Origin: Rhynchopus sp. YZ270_cl-10
Taxonomy: Eukaryota
Reading direction: 5' to 3'
Length of the DNA stretch: 64,000 nucleotides
Assembly: GCA_964035575.1 (NCBI GenBank)
Contig: OZ037833.1
Location: 682,001-746,000 of the forward strand
A model generated the notes under the pieces. It saw only the letters and a list, made by a program, of their open reading frames with translations. It was not told the origin of the DNA and ran no database searches. How positions within the stretch are numbered: the stretch's first letter is position 1; each line of letters opens with the position of its first letter. Of this stretch, positions 1 through 10,573 are shown one piece after another. Made by a program: the position numbers and the translations under genes.

Positions 1-166
1 GCAGGCAGGACGCGGTGTTGCTGTTTGTCTCGTCATCCGCATGCTCTGAGACGTTCACGTTGATGACCACCTCAGATGAATCCTCGTCATAGTGTCCAAG
101 CGATCCGATATGTGACTCTGAAGCATCTATCTCCGTTTCAATCGTGTTCCCAGTAGGGTTTTGCAT
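1..166 (-). CDS. 5' part of an unknown protein running off the left edge (MQNPTGNTIETEIDASESHIGSLGHYDEDSSEVVINVNVSEHADDETNSNTASCL...)
   Basis: Open frame from ATG at 166 to the window edge; same strand as all other genes; no recognisable domain. Confidence 0.5.
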   Translation of the reverse strand, partial: MQNPTGNTIETEIDASESHIGSLGHYDEDSSEVVINVNVSEHADDETNSNTASCL

Positions 167-240
167 GGTGCCAATTTGTATTAGCGATATAGCCTGAGAG
201 GAAAGAAGGTTTGAGTTTTTTGAAAAAAAAATGGTGGTCC

Positions 241-374
241 TGGTGTGGCCGACGACCCCAAAATAGCAGAAAATAGCACAAAATAGCACCTCCCTTCACC
301 TGCACCAAAAAATCCAGATGCCCAGAATAGCAGAAAATAGCAGAAAATAGCGCACCCCCCTTTCAGCCACACCA
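241..374. mobile_element. Small TIR element (TGGTGTGGC...GCCACACCA) with internal AAAATAGCA(G/C) repeats
   Basis: 9-bp inverted termini and about 5 internal AAAATAGCA copies. Termini resemble the 31529-32938 element. No TSD seen. Confidence 0.45.
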
Positions 375-818
375 AGTGTTAGCTAATGCATAGCACATCT
401 CCGACTGAAGATACCAGCTATTCGGGATGAAAGCATAAAAGTACCCATAACAGAAGGTGTAAAGGAAATCTTGGAGGATGGCTTAAAAAAGAGAAGTTTG
501 AAAAAAAAAAGGGGGCAGAGAAGGGGAGGGGAGGGAAGACTTTGTTGTTGGCTTCAATGCGACAGAATAGATAGAATAAAATACGATTTTTGACAGCTGT
601 ATTTCTCGTAGGATGATAATCTTATATTTCCATCAGGGGAAAGGACCCCCCTAAAATTGATTGTAGCTTTTAATCCGCTGGCCCAAAAAAGAGCCTCGAC
701 ATTCCAACACCACATCTAAACCAACTGAGACTCTTTTTCATTGCATTTTTTTCAAAAAAAAAAAAAAGATGCAATATCACACCCCCCACCCCACCCCCAC
801 CTCCTCACCTGATCTCTC

Positions 819-1499
819 CTATGCCTCGTCCTTAGCCCCACCATAGGACCGTCTCCCGTGGAGGATTAATGCATGTGCCCATTCTGGTTGGTTGTATGGT
901 GCCGGGAGCTTCTTCTTTGGCACGGATTTGACCTTGAGGTTGACGTCTTCCGCAAGACGCCGTTCGAAGGTTGTGCAAAGGTTTTCATCACGCACATCCA
1001 CAGCGACGTAAACATGGGCACGTGGACTGCTTTCAAGAAGCAGCTCAATGCTGTGCAGAAACGGTGTCAAGTAGTCTTCAATGTAAATCACATCCGAGGC
1101 AACAATCATATCAAAATTCTGTACAGGAAGCTTGGGGATGTCCTCTGCCGCTGTTGTCCAGTCGAGCCTTGCAACCTGAACGTGGGTGCAGAGCTTTCCG
1201 TCTCCTTTCGCGTTTTCAACGGCACGGTTGGTGTTCCGTCGAAGCACCGGGAGGAGTTCCTCCATCTCTGTTGCTACCACTTCTGCCCCAAGCACAGCAA
1301 GCGCCCCAGCAAGATAGCCCAATCCAGCCCCCAGCTCCACCACCTTCTTCCCAACCACCATCTTGCGGCGCACCGCAGGGTCTGCAAACATGCCGGTCAG
1401 CACCACAGCAGCATCCCACACCCGCTTCGCACCGGTGTTGTCCACCTCGTCTTGATTATAAAATCGTACTGCCGTTCCATCGACACAAAACTCTTGCAT
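819..1499 (-). CDS. SAM-dependent protein-lysine methyltransferase, METTL21/EEF1AKMT-like (Methyltransf_16 family)
   Basis: Motifs TGAKRVWDAAVVL, VVELGAGLG (motif I), LDW and IVASDVIY. Likely start MQEF at 1499 after an A-tract. Confidence 0.85.
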   Translation of the reverse strand: MQEFCVDGTAVRFYNQDEVDNTGAKRVWDAAVVLTGMFADPAVRRKMVVGKKVVELGAGLGYLAGALAVLGAEVVATEMEELLPVLRRNTNRAVENAKGDGKLCTHVQVARLDWTTAAEDIPKLPVQNFDMIVASDVIYIEDYLTPFLHSIELLLESSPRAHVYVAVDVRDENLCTTFERRLAEDVNLKVKSVPKKKLPAPYNQPEWAHALILHGRRSYGGAKDEA

Positions 1500-1701
1500 T
1501 TTTTTTGGGGGGTGAAGTCTAGTGTATCCCCTGATGAATATTGTGGGAGATGAGGGTAGGGGGGCAGTATGGTGGAAATGTAAATAAGTTTTTTTTTTTT
1601 GAGAACCGTTTCCCAAGAATCGCCCTAGAGTGCCAGGAAACTTTGTGAAAAGTGTCTGCGAAGGGGTAAGGTGCAGGCAGACAGCAGAAACTGTTGCCGT
1701 G

Positions 1702-3474
1702 CTACACATTCTTCCCCTGCAACACTGTCAAGACATCATCCAACACCGTCGCCTCCTCAGTCAGCGTGCGTGTGCACAGCACCCTGCATCGCCCAGAAGG
1801 AACTGCACTCGCTGGTGTGCCACACCCACCGGTACTCACCCACAACCGCTCAATGTCTCCTGCAGACCCATTGCCTTTCAGGTAGCCTTCCACAGCTCTG
1901 TTGTAGTCATCCCAGTCCTTCTTCCCTCCTATGGCGTACATCCACTCGTTTGCTGATTGTGTATTTAAATTGTGGTCAGATGCATCGGCAGCAGAAACCA
2001 TCAGTTCAGCAACCACAGCCACACACCCAGTGGCAAACTCCACCTTGCACGGCACCAGACGCAGTTGGTGTTCGCACTCAGCATCGCTGAAGCAGATACG
2101 GTTGCACAGAACATCGCACCCCAACACACGGCCCGCACGTTCCACACTTTGCACGTCGCGCAGAAGCGTGCCCACCATGCTGAAGCGGCGCATCATCGCA
2201 CACCCCATATCACCGCACAGCACCTTCCCTGTCGCAATGCCGATGTTGACCTGTGTTGCACACACAGACGCCCTCACCATCCGTGCAGCTGTGTGCAGTG
2301 CTGAGGCTGCGTGGTTCCCACACCTCCGCGATGCGTTGAAGGAGCAGTGCACCCTGTCCCCGATGAAGGTGTCCACCATACCACGCTGCATGTCCATCTC
2401 CACCAGAGTCTTCGCAAGGACACCTGTGAACAGGTCTGTGAAGCATGTGTGCTCCTCCGACAGCATGCACAGCGAGTCCTTCACATTCAGAACCATCAGT
2501 GTTGCTGTTGCAGGCGCAAGACCTAGCCTCTGTGAGCGCAGTACACCCACGTTGTTCTCTGCAGAGTCCACGAGGGAGCACGTTGTGCTGCTCTCTTGCG
2601 AGTTGGAACCTGCATCCGAGCTTTCTGTCTCCCCAAAAGGCAGACACGTCTTCGGGAGGTACGCTTTGTACATGCGGAGGTTCTCCTCAAGCGTGCGGAG
2701 GGCAAGCGTCATCTCTGAGGGCAGTGCACCCTCATGCGTCTCCAGCAGCACAGCCACCTGCTCCACGTCGTACCCCGCAAGCAGCGACGCAATCTCCTGC
2801 ACAGCACTGATCGTACGCTGCATGCACTCCTGCTCCTTCAGAATATCGCTCGCAAACCCACGGGTTGCAACGAAATCCACCACAAAGACCTGAAGCGAGA
2901 CCAGCGTAGCAGTAGACGTATCCCGCGGACACGGTGGTGTTGTGCAGTCCACTGTTTCGTGTAAGGTCGACCACCTTCTGTCCTCTGACACTGTTCCAGG
3001 GATGTCAAACAGACCAAACCTGAGACGTTCTTCTGCGAACAAGAGAACCAACCACGCAACTGTGAAGCACACCAGACCGAAGCAGTACCGCGCATCAACC
3101 CGCATCACGAGCATGAAATCTATTATCAGCACCATAAAGGGCCACGTTGGAGCACCAATCCCTGCACGTGTCGCAAAGTCACCGCATAAGACGCCTGCAG
3201 CATATGCATACGAAACACAGACAAGAACGCGGTTGGTGATCGGGACTTTGCAGACAACGGCGAGCACACAGTAGGCTGGGGTGATGAAGCACATCCACCG
3301 AGCCACCGAGACAAGGGACAACTTATCCTCCCACATCTCCTCGTACACGATAACATAAAAGATCACAGTGAACACAAGCACCATAGCGTTGAGTGCAAAG
3401 AACAGCTTCCGCTTCTGCAGCTCCTTCTTCGACAACGTCCCGTCAAGGGTCAGCATCCCATTCAGGTAGCCCAT
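1702..3474 (-). CDS. Multi-TM protein with degenerate class III nucleotide-cyclase domain, copy 1
   Basis: 4-5 hydrophobic N-terminal helices, a helical linker, then DTFIGDRV and VNIGIATGKVLCGDMG cyclase-like motifs. Confidence 0.8.
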   Translation of the reverse strand: MGYLNGMLTLDGTLSKKELQKRKLFFALNAMVLVFTVIFYVIVYEEMWEDKLSLVSVARWMCFITPAYCVLAVVCKVPITNRVLVCVSYAYAAGVLCGDFATRAGIGAPTWPFMVLIIDFMLVMRVDARYCFGLVCFTVAWLVLLFAEERLRFGLFDIPGTVSEDRRWSTLHETVDCTTPPCPRDTSTATLVSLQVFVVDFVATRGFASDILKEQECMQRTISAVQEIASLLAGYDVEQVAVLLETHEGALPSEMTLALRTLEENLRMYKAYLPKTCLPFGETESSDAGSNSQESSTTCSLVDSAENNVGVLRSQRLGLAPATATLMVLNVKDSLCMLSEEHTCFTDLFTGVLAKTLVEMDMQRGMVDTFIGDRVHCSFNASRRCGNHAASALHTAARMVRASVCATQVNIGIATGKVLCGDMGCAMMRRFSMVGTLLRDVQSVERAGRVLGCDVLCNRICFSDAECEHQLRLVPCKVEFATGCVAVVAELMVSAADASDHNLNTQSANEWMYAIGGKKDWDDYNRAVEGYLKGNGSAGDIERLWVSTGGCGTPASAVPSGRCRVLCTRTLTEEATVLDDVLTVLQGKNV

Positions 3475-4100
3475 TTTTCACGTGTCCACTAAATCTGTGG
3501 GTACTTTTATTTCTGTAACTCTGTGTCGCAGTGTGGATGCCTCATTGCAAAAATAATGGTTCTTAGAAAAATACGAGGGTGCTGAGGTCTTCTTTAATTC
3601 TTCAGGTTGACACTTTTGAGGCGTCAGTAACACACTAAATAAACAACAACTTCTCCGACCATATTTTGTAAAATGAACCGGGGGAAGCACTCTCATTCAT
3701 TGAGGCGAGCAGAAACCGCCTGAGAACACTGCCCCCTAGAAGCACACTACGTTCCCACGCACTGCCATTACTCGTGTAGAGTGGCATCGCATCGCTTCAG
3801 AAGAAGGCGCGCTGCTAGCAGGCTGTGCCCTCAACCACACATGGATGCACCAATGTACGACTAGGAGCGTGGTGGTGCTATGCGGGCTGCGGAAGTGGGA
3901 GGTGGTGCTCTAGTGTCGTGGTGTATGCAAACAACAGAGGGGAGAGGTCATTTTGTGGGTATTGTTTGAATCTCACTTGTTCAGGTCTGACTATCAAACA
4001 TGACTGACTATCGTCATAGATTTTGTGAAAATATGTGGGAAGGGGCAACGGCGCAGGCAGACAGCAGAAACTGTCTGCAGTGCTACACATCTTTGTCCAT

Positions 4101-5834
4101 CTACATTACCAAGACGTCATCCAACACCGTCGCCTCCTCAGTCAGCGTGCGTGTGCACAGCACCCTGCATCGCCCAGAAGGAACTGCACTCGCTGGTCTG
4201 CCACACCCACCCGCACTCACCCACAACCGCTCAATCTCGCCTGCAGACCCATTGCCTTTCAGGTAGCCTTCCACAGCTCTGTTGTAGTCATCCCAGTCCT
4301 TCTTCCCTCCTATGGCGTACATCCATTCGTTTTCAGCTCGTCTATTTGTAGTGTGGTCAGATGCATCGGCAGCAGCAACCATCAGTTCAGCAACCACAGC
4401 CACACACCCAGTGGCAAACTCCACCTTGCACGGCACCAGACGCAGTTGGTGTTCGCACTCAGCATCGCTGAAGCAGATACGGTTGCACAGAACATCGCAC
4501 CCCAACACACGGCCCGCACGTTCCACACTTTGCACGTCGCGCAGAACCGTGCCCACCATGCTGAAGCGGCGCATCATCGCACACCCCATATCACCACACA
4601 GCGCCTTCCCTGTCGCAATGCCGATGTTGACCTGTGTTGCACACACAGACGCCCGCACCATCCGTGCAGCTGTGTGCAGTGCTGAGGCTGCGTGGTTCCC
4701 ACACCTCCGCGATGCGTTGAAGGAGCAGTGCACCCTGTCCCCGATGAAGGTGTCCACCATACCACGCTGCATGTCCATCTCCACCAGAGTCTTCGCAAGG
4801 ACACCTGTGAACAGGTCTGTGAAGCATGTGTGCTCCTCCGACAGCATGCACAGCGAGTCCTTCACATTCAGAACCATCAGTGTTGCTGTTGCAGGCACAA
4901 GAGCAAGCCTCTGTGACCGCGGTACACCGACGTTGCTCTCTGTCGAGGGCACGATGCTCTCTAACGACTTGGAACCTGCGTCAGAGCTTTCTGTCTCTCC
5001 AAAAGGCAGACACGTCTTCGGGAGGTACGCTTTGTACATGCGGAGGTTCTCCTCAAGCGTGCGGAGGGCAAGCGTCATCTCTGAGGGCAGTGCACCCTCA
5101 TGCGTCTCCAGCAGCACAGCCACCTGCTCCACGTCGTACCCCGCAAGAAGCGACGCAATCTCCTGCACAGCACTGATCGTTCTCTGCATGCACTCCTGCT
5201 CCTTCAGAATCTCTCTTGCGAACCCACGGGTTGCAACGAAGTCCACCACAAAGACCTGAAGGGAGACCAGCGTAGCAGTAGACGTATCCCGCGGACACGG
5301 TGGTGTTGTGCAGTCCACTGTTTCGTGTAAGGTCGACCACCTTCTGTCCTCTGACACTGTTCCAGGGATGTCAAACAGACCAAACCTGAGACGTTCTTCT
5401 GCGAACAAGAGAACCAACCACGCAACTGTGAAGCACACCAGACCGAAGCAGTACCGCGCATCAACCCGCATCACGAGCATGAAGTCTATTATAATCACCA
5501 TGATAGGCCACGTTGGAGCACCAATCCCTGCACGTGCCGCAAAGTCACCGGAAAACACGACCACAGCATATGCATACGAAACACAGACAAGAATGCGGTT
5601 CGTGATGGGGACTTTGCAGACAACGACGAGCACACAATAGGCAGAGGTGATGAAGCACAGCCACTGCGAGCCGAGGGCAAACCGATTCTCCCAGATCTCC
5701 TCGGCAACCAAAATATAAAATACCACAGTGAACACAACTGTGATTGCGTTGAGTGCAAAGAACAGCTTCCGCTTCTGCAGCTCCTTCTTCGACAACGTCC
5801 CATCAAGGGTCAGCATCCCATTCAGGCAGCCCAT
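4101..5834 (-). CDS. Multi-TM protein with degenerate class III nucleotide-cyclase domain, copy 2
   Basis: Paralog of 1702-3474; cyclase-like part nearly identical. Confidence 0.8.
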   Translation of the reverse strand: MGCLNGMLTLDGTLSKKELQKRKLFFALNAITVVFTVVFYILVAEEIWENRFALGSQWLCFITSAYCVLVVVCKVPITNRILVCVSYAYAVVVFSGDFAARAGIGAPTWPIMVIIIDFMLVMRVDARYCFGLVCFTVAWLVLLFAEERLRFGLFDIPGTVSEDRRWSTLHETVDCTTPPCPRDTSTATLVSLQVFVVDFVATRGFAREILKEQECMQRTISAVQEIASLLAGYDVEQVAVLLETHEGALPSEMTLALRTLEENLRMYKAYLPKTCLPFGETESSDAGSKSLESIVPSTESNVGVPRSQRLALVPATATLMVLNVKDSLCMLSEEHTCFTDLFTGVLAKTLVEMDMQRGMVDTFIGDRVHCSFNASRRCGNHAASALHTAARMVRASVCATQVNIGIATGKALCGDMGCAMMRRFSMVGTVLRDVQSVERAGRVLGCDVLCNRICFSDAECEHQLRLVPCKVEFATGCVAVVAELMVAAADASDHTTNRRAENEWMYAIGGKKDWDDYNRAVEGYLKGNGSAGEIERLWVSAGGCGRPASAVPSGRCRVLCTRTLTEEATVLDDVLVM

Positions 5835-6379
5835 TTGTCACTTGTCCACTGAATCTGTGGGTACTTTTATTTCTGTAACTCTGTGTCGCAGTGTGGCGTC
5901 TTAACAAAAACAATGGTTCTTGGGGGAAAAAAAGAGAGTGTTGTCTTCTGACGATTCATTAACTCTTCAGGTTGACACTTTTGAGGCGTCAGTAAAACAC
6001 TGTTGTAAAATGAGCCTGGGAAAGTGCTAACATTCATCGAGGCGAGCAGAAACCGCCTTGAGAACACCATGGTATTCCTCATTCAAGCCATGCTAAGGAC
6101 GTACTCGAAGCGCACCTAACTCGGTACACCTCCTTGCTGGGTGTACCTACCACTAGAAGCACACTACGTTCCCACGCACTGCCATTACTCGTGTAGAGTG
6201 GCATCGCATCGCTTCAGAAGAAGGCGCGCTGCTAGCAGGCTGTGCCCTCAACCACACATGGATGCACCAATGTACGACTAGGAGCGTGGTGGTGCTATGC
6301 GGGCTGCGGAAGGTCAGCAATCACTATTTCCTTGCACCGTGTAGGCAACGAAAGCGAGACGCACGGCGGGTGGAATTTC

Positions 6380-8122
6380 TTACTGGTCGTCCAGCGCAAG
6401 GACGTCATCCAACACCGTCGCCTCCTCAGTCAGCGTGCGTGTGCACAGCACCCTGCATCGATCAGAAGGAACTGCACTCGTCGGTCTGCCACACCCACCC
6501 GCACTCACCCACAACCGCTCAATCTCGCCTGCAGACCCATTGCCTTTCAGGTAGCCTTCCACAGCTCTGTTGTAGTCATCCCAGTCCTTCTTCCCTCCTA
6601 TGGCGTACATCCACTCGTTTTCTGCTCGTCTCTTTAAATTGTGGTCAGGTGTAACGAGGGCAGCAACCATCAGTTCAGCAACCACAGCCACACACCCAGT
6701 GGCAAACTCCACCTTGCACGGCACCAGACGCAGTTGGTGTTCGCACTCAGCATCGCTGAAGCAGATGCGGTTGCACAGAACATCGCACCCCAACACACGT
6801 CCCGCACGTTCCACACTTTGCACGTCGCGCAGAACCGTGCCCACCATGCTGAAGCGGCGCATCATCGCACACCCCATATCACCACACAGCACCTTCCCTG
6901 TCGCAATGCCGATGTTGACCTGTGTTGCACACACAGACGCCCTCACCATCCGTGCAGCTGTGTGCAGTGCTGAGGCTGCGTGGTTCCCACACCTCCGCGA
7001 TGCGTTGAAGGAGCAGTGCACCCTGTCCCCGATGAAGGTGTCCACCATACCACGCTGCATGTCCATCTCCACCAGAGTCTTCGCAAGGACACCTGTGAAC
7101 AGGTCTGTGAAGCATGTGTGCTCCTCCGACAGCATGCACAGCGAGTCCTTCACATTCAGAACCATCAGTGTTGCTGTTGCAGGCACAAGAGCAAGCCTCT
7201 GTGACCGCGGTACACCGACGTTGCTCTCTGTCGAGGGCACGATGCTCTCTAACGACTTGGAACCTGCGTCAGAGCTTTCTGTCTCTCCAAAAGGCAGACA
7301 CGTCTTCGGGAGGTACGCTTTGTACATGCGGAGGTTCTCCTCAAGCGTGCGGAGGGCAAGCGTCATCTCTGAGGGCAGTGCACCCTCATGCGTCTCCAGC
7401 AGCACAGCCACCTGCTCCACGTCGTACCCCGCAAGCAGCGACGCAATCTCCTGAACAGCACTGATCGTTCGCTGCATGCACTCCTGCTCCTTCAGAATAT
7501 CGCTCGCAAACCCACGGGTTGCTACGAAGTCCACCACAAAGACCTGAAGCGAGACCAGCGTAGCAGTAGACGTATCCCGCGGACACGGTGGTGTTGTGCA
7601 GTCCACTGTTTCGTGTAAGGTCGACCACCTTCTGTCCTCTGACACTGTTCCAGGGATGTCAAACAGACCAAACCTGAGACGTTCTTCTGCGAACAAGAGA
7701 ACCAACCACGCAACTGTAAAGCACACCAGACCGAAGCAGTACCGCGCATCAACCCGCATCACGAGCATGAAGTCTATTATCAGCACCATCAGCGGCCACA
7801 TTGGAGCACCAATCCCTGCACGTGTCGCAAAGTCACCGGAAAACACGACCACAGCATATGCATACGAAACACAGACAAGAATGCGGTTCGTGATGGGGAC
7901 TTTGCAGACAACGGCGAGCACACAATAGGCAGAGGTGATGAAGCACACCCACTGCGAGACAAGGGAGACCTGATCCTCCCAGATCTCCTCGTGCATCAGA
8001 ATATGGAAGACCACAGTGAACACAAGTACCATAGCGTTGAGTGTAAAGAACAGCTTCCGCTTCTGCAACTCCTTCTTCGACAACGTCCCGTCAAGGGTCA
8101 GCATCCGATTCAGGCAGCCCAT
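6380..8122 (-). CDS. Multi-TM protein with degenerate class III nucleotide-cyclase domain, copy 3
   Basis: Paralog with a distinct C-terminal tip (ALDDQ). Confidence 0.8.
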   Translation of the reverse strand: MGCLNRMLTLDGTLSKKELQKRKLFFTLNAMVLVFTVVFHILMHEEIWEDQVSLVSQWVCFITSAYCVLAVVCKVPITNRILVCVSYAYAVVVFSGDFATRAGIGAPMWPLMVLIIDFMLVMRVDARYCFGLVCFTVAWLVLLFAEERLRFGLFDIPGTVSEDRRWSTLHETVDCTTPPCPRDTSTATLVSLQVFVVDFVATRGFASDILKEQECMQRTISAVQEIASLLAGYDVEQVAVLLETHEGALPSEMTLALRTLEENLRMYKAYLPKTCLPFGETESSDAGSKSLESIVPSTESNVGVPRSQRLALVPATATLMVLNVKDSLCMLSEEHTCFTDLFTGVLAKTLVEMDMQRGMVDTFIGDRVHCSFNASRRCGNHAASALHTAARMVRASVCATQVNIGIATGKVLCGDMGCAMMRRFSMVGTVLRDVQSVERAGRVLGCDVLCNRICFSDAECEHQLRLVPCKVEFATGCVAVVAELMVAALVTPDHNLKRRAENEWMYAIGGKKDWDDYNRAVEGYLKGNGSAGEIERLWVSAGGCGRPTSAVPSDRCRVLCTRTLTEEATVLDDVLALDDQ

Positions 8123-8387
8123 TTCTTTAACGCTCCGGGCACTGAAGCTTTCTTGTGTAACGCACCTGTGAGGTGTGGTGCTCTAGTGTCCTGGTGTATG
8201 CAAACAACAGAGGGGAGAGGTCATTTCTGGGTATTTGTTTGAAACTCACTTTTTCAGGTCTGACGTACAAAAACACTATCAACTAGACTAGTAAACCACC
8301 ATCAAGCATGATTGACTGCCATCATAGGCTTTGTGATGATATTTTGGACAGGACAACAGCAGGCAGACAGCAGAAACTGTTGCCGTG

Positions 8388-10142
8388 CTACACATCCTTC
8401 TCCTGCGACACTGCCAAGACATCATCCAACACCGTCGCCTCCTCAGTCAGCGTGCGTGTGCACAGCACCCTGCATCGCCCAGAAGGAACTGCACTCGCTG
8501 GTCTGCCACACCCACCCGCACTCACCCACAACCGCTCAATCTCGCCTGCAGACCCATTGCCTTTCAGGTAGCCTTCCACAGCTCTGTTGTAGTCATCCCA
8601 GTCCTTCTTCCCTCCGATGACGTACATCCACTCGTTTCCTGATTGTGAAGAAGCCAAATTCTGTTGTTGTGAGGAATCGACAGTGGTAATCAGTTCAGCA
8701 ACCACAGCCACACACCCAGTGGCAAACTCCACCTTGCACGGCACCAGACGCAGTTGGTGTTCGCACTCAGCATCGCTGAAGCAGATGCGGTTGCACAGAA
8801 CATCGCACCCCAACACACGGCCCGCACGTTCCACACTTTGCACGTCACGCAGAAGCGTGCCCACCATGCTGAAGCGGCGCATCATCGCACACCCCATATC
8901 ACCACACAGCACCTTCCCTGTCGCAATGCCGATGTTGACCTGTGTTGCACACACAGACGCCCTCACCATCCGTGCAGCTGTGTGCAGTGCTGAGGCTGCG
9001 TGGTTCCCACACCTCCGCGATGCGTTGAAGGAGCAGTGCACCCTGTCCCCGATGAAGGTGTCCACCATACCACGCTGCATGTCCATCTCCACCAGAGTCT
9101 TCGCAAGGACACCTGTGAACAGGTCTGTGAAGCATGTGTGCTCCTCCGACAGCATGCACAGCGAGTCCTTCACATTCAGAACCATCAGTGTTGCTGTTGC
9201 AGGCACAAGAGCAAGCCTCTGTGCCCGCAGTACACCCACGTTGCTCTCTGTGGAGGGCACGATGCTCTCTTGCAAGTTGGAACCTGCATCCGAGCTTTCT
9301 GTCTCCCCAAAAGGCAGACACGTCTTCGGGAGGTACGCTTTGTACATGCGGAGGTTCTCCTCAAGCGTGCGGAGGGCAAGCGTCATCTCTGAGGGCAGTG
9401 CACCCTCATGCGTCTCCAGCAGCACAGCCACCTGCTCCACGTCGTACCCCGCAAGAAGCGACGCAATCTCCTGCACAGCACTGATCGTACGCTGCATGCA
9501 CTCCTGCTCCTTCAGAATTTCTCTTGCAAACCCACGGGTTGCTACGAAGTCCACCACAAAGACCTGGATTGACAACACCATCCAAGACACCCCATCCCTC
9601 TCACACGGCGGCACTTGACAGTCGACCGTCTTCTGCAGCCTCGACCACCTTATGTCTTCTGCCACTGTTCCGGGGATGTCAAACAGACCAAACCTGAGAC
9701 GTTCTTCCATAGCCATCAGGACCAACCACGCCACTGTGAAGCACACCAGACCGAAGCAGTACCGCGCACCCACCTGCATCACGAGCATGAAGTCCACCAG
9801 CAACACCAACATCGGCCACACTGCCTCTGACACTCCTGCACGAGCTGCGAGGTCTCCTGCAAACACTCCTAAGGCATACCCATACGCTACGCACACAACA
9901 CGTCTGTTGGTGAGGGGCACCTTGAAGACAACCAAGAGCACAGCACCCCCAGCAGTAACAAGGTTCACCATCTGTCCAATGAAAGCAATCGGATTCTGCC
10001 TTAGCCTCTCCAATACAATAATGTTGAAGAAAAACGTAAAGGCAAGAATGATCGCATTCATCACAAAGAACAGCTTCCGCTTCTGCAACTCCTTCTTCGA
10101 CAACGTCCCGTCAAGAACCAGCATCCGATTCAGGCAGCCCAT
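8388..10142 (-). CDS. Multi-TM protein with degenerate class III nucleotide-cyclase domain, copy 4
   Basis: Paralog with the most divergent TM region; cyclase-like part nearly identical to the others. Confidence 0.8.
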   Translation of the reverse strand: MGCLNRMLVLDGTLSKKELQKRKLFFVMNAIILAFTFFFNIIVLERLRQNPIAFIGQMVNLVTAGGAVLLVVFKVPLTNRRVVCVAYGYALGVFAGDLAARAGVSEAVWPMLVLLVDFMLVMQVGARYCFGLVCFTVAWLVLMAMEERLRFGLFDIPGTVAEDIRWSRLQKTVDCQVPPCERDGVSWMVLSIQVFVVDFVATRGFAREILKEQECMQRTISAVQEIASLLAGYDVEQVAVLLETHEGALPSEMTLALRTLEENLRMYKAYLPKTCLPFGETESSDAGSNLQESIVPSTESNVGVLRAQRLALVPATATLMVLNVKDSLCMLSEEHTCFTDLFTGVLAKTLVEMDMQRGMVDTFIGDRVHCSFNASRRCGNHAASALHTAARMVRASVCATQVNIGIATGKVLCGDMGCAMMRRFSMVGTLLRDVQSVERAGRVLGCDVLCNRICFSDAECEHQLRLVPCKVEFATGCVAVVAELITTVDSSQQQNLASSQSGNEWMYVIGGKKDWDDYNRAVEGYLKGNGSAGEIERLWVSAGGCGRPASAVPSGRCRVLCTRTLTEEATVLDDVLAVSQEKDV

Positions 10143-10490
10143 TTTTTTTGCCTAAATCCGTGAAAGCACTAAGAGACTCGCTACTCTTTTGCTTGTTTGC
10201 TCAAAAAAAAGAGTATTAAATGGGGGAGAGGAACAAATAAGGTTGTTTGATGTTCGCTTTCACAAAAAAAAAAATATAAAAAAAGGGAAGTAGGGGCAGT
10301 TTGCAATGATTAGACCAAATGTGAAAGTAGTCGTGAAATGAAAACGGTGTGGGGAGTTTTAAAAAAAGGTGATAAGAAAGGAATAATCTGAGTTATCCTG
10401 GGTGGGTGGGGGAGAGTGGGAAATGGATAGTGTGTGACTCCTGTTGTTGCTTGGGTGTGTTTGTGGAAAGCGAAACAAAAGTAGAGTTGA

Positions 10491-10573
10491 AATACAAAGC
10501 GTTCTCGTGAACAGTGTACCTTGGTACAATGACCGGCTGTACCGGGGTGGACACCCAACCATGCAGTCCTACA
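10491..10573. repeat. Dispersed repeat family B (AAATACAAAG..CTCGTGAACAGTGTACCTTGGTACAATG..GGTGGACACCCAACCATGCAGTCCTACAA)
   Basis: Near-identical copy at ~33448-33535; partial copies at ~33630, ~34040 and ~41540. Confidence 0.75.

Noticed and set aside
660..682. Minus-strand CCAGCGGATTAAAAGCTACA, reminiscent of a diplonemid spliced-leader 5' half as I recall it
   Set aside because: Match is short, imperfect and from memory; the GTTTCTGTACTTTATTG half and the donor site are absent.
1931..9618. 284-333-aa plus-strand ORFs in the cyclase-like array
   Set aside because: Antisense shadows that recur only because the genes are duplicated.
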